The notes below the pieces were generated by a model. It searched no databases and was not told where the DNA came from. It was given only the letters and a program-made list of their open reading frames with translations. The translations under genes and the position numbers were made by a program. A stretch of DNA of 64,000 bases from the human T2T-CHM13v2.0 reference genome, Homo sapiens, in NCBI RefSeq assembly GCF_009914755.1, contig NC_060925.1; one strand, written 5' to 3'. This document shows positions 63,887 to 64,000 of this stretch, piece after piece; position 1 is the stretch's first letter; the number at the start of each line of letters is the position of its first letter.

Positions 63887-64000
63887 GTTAATTCACATAT
63901 ATAATACATGTCCACAGAGATTTGAAAAATACATTAAAATATAAAGAAAAAACAAAACTCATCTATAATACAATACCCAGAAACAACAGGAGTTGTGCAA

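Overview
Human genomic DNA from the MPL-CDC20-ELOVL1-MED8-SZT2 locus (chr1p34.2), recognised by translating the spliced exons. It holds the 3' half of MPL (+, exons 7-12), complete CDC20 (+), complete ELOVL1 (-) with the MIR6734 tailed mirtron, complete MED8 (-), and the first four exons of SZT2 (+), head-to-head with MED8. Alu, L2, MIR, MaLR and DNA-transposon relics are dense. Main finding: the apparently empty ELOVL1-MED8 interval (24.7-41.3 kb) contains about 25 decayed, mostly splice-site-flanked segments. Their translations match, in colinear order, human DNAAF9/C20orf194 as I recall its sequence; alignment was by eye, no search was run. The 5' part lies on + and starts about 200 bp from the ELOVL1 first exon. 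It stops at motif 'AKH' (28300) and resumes at the next motif 'xSRTY' on - at 41.25 kb. This suggests an unprocessed DNAAF9-like pseudogene broken by a ~12 kb inversion, plus a partial second copy. MED8's alternative last exon and distal poly(A) site appear to be recruited from this relic.
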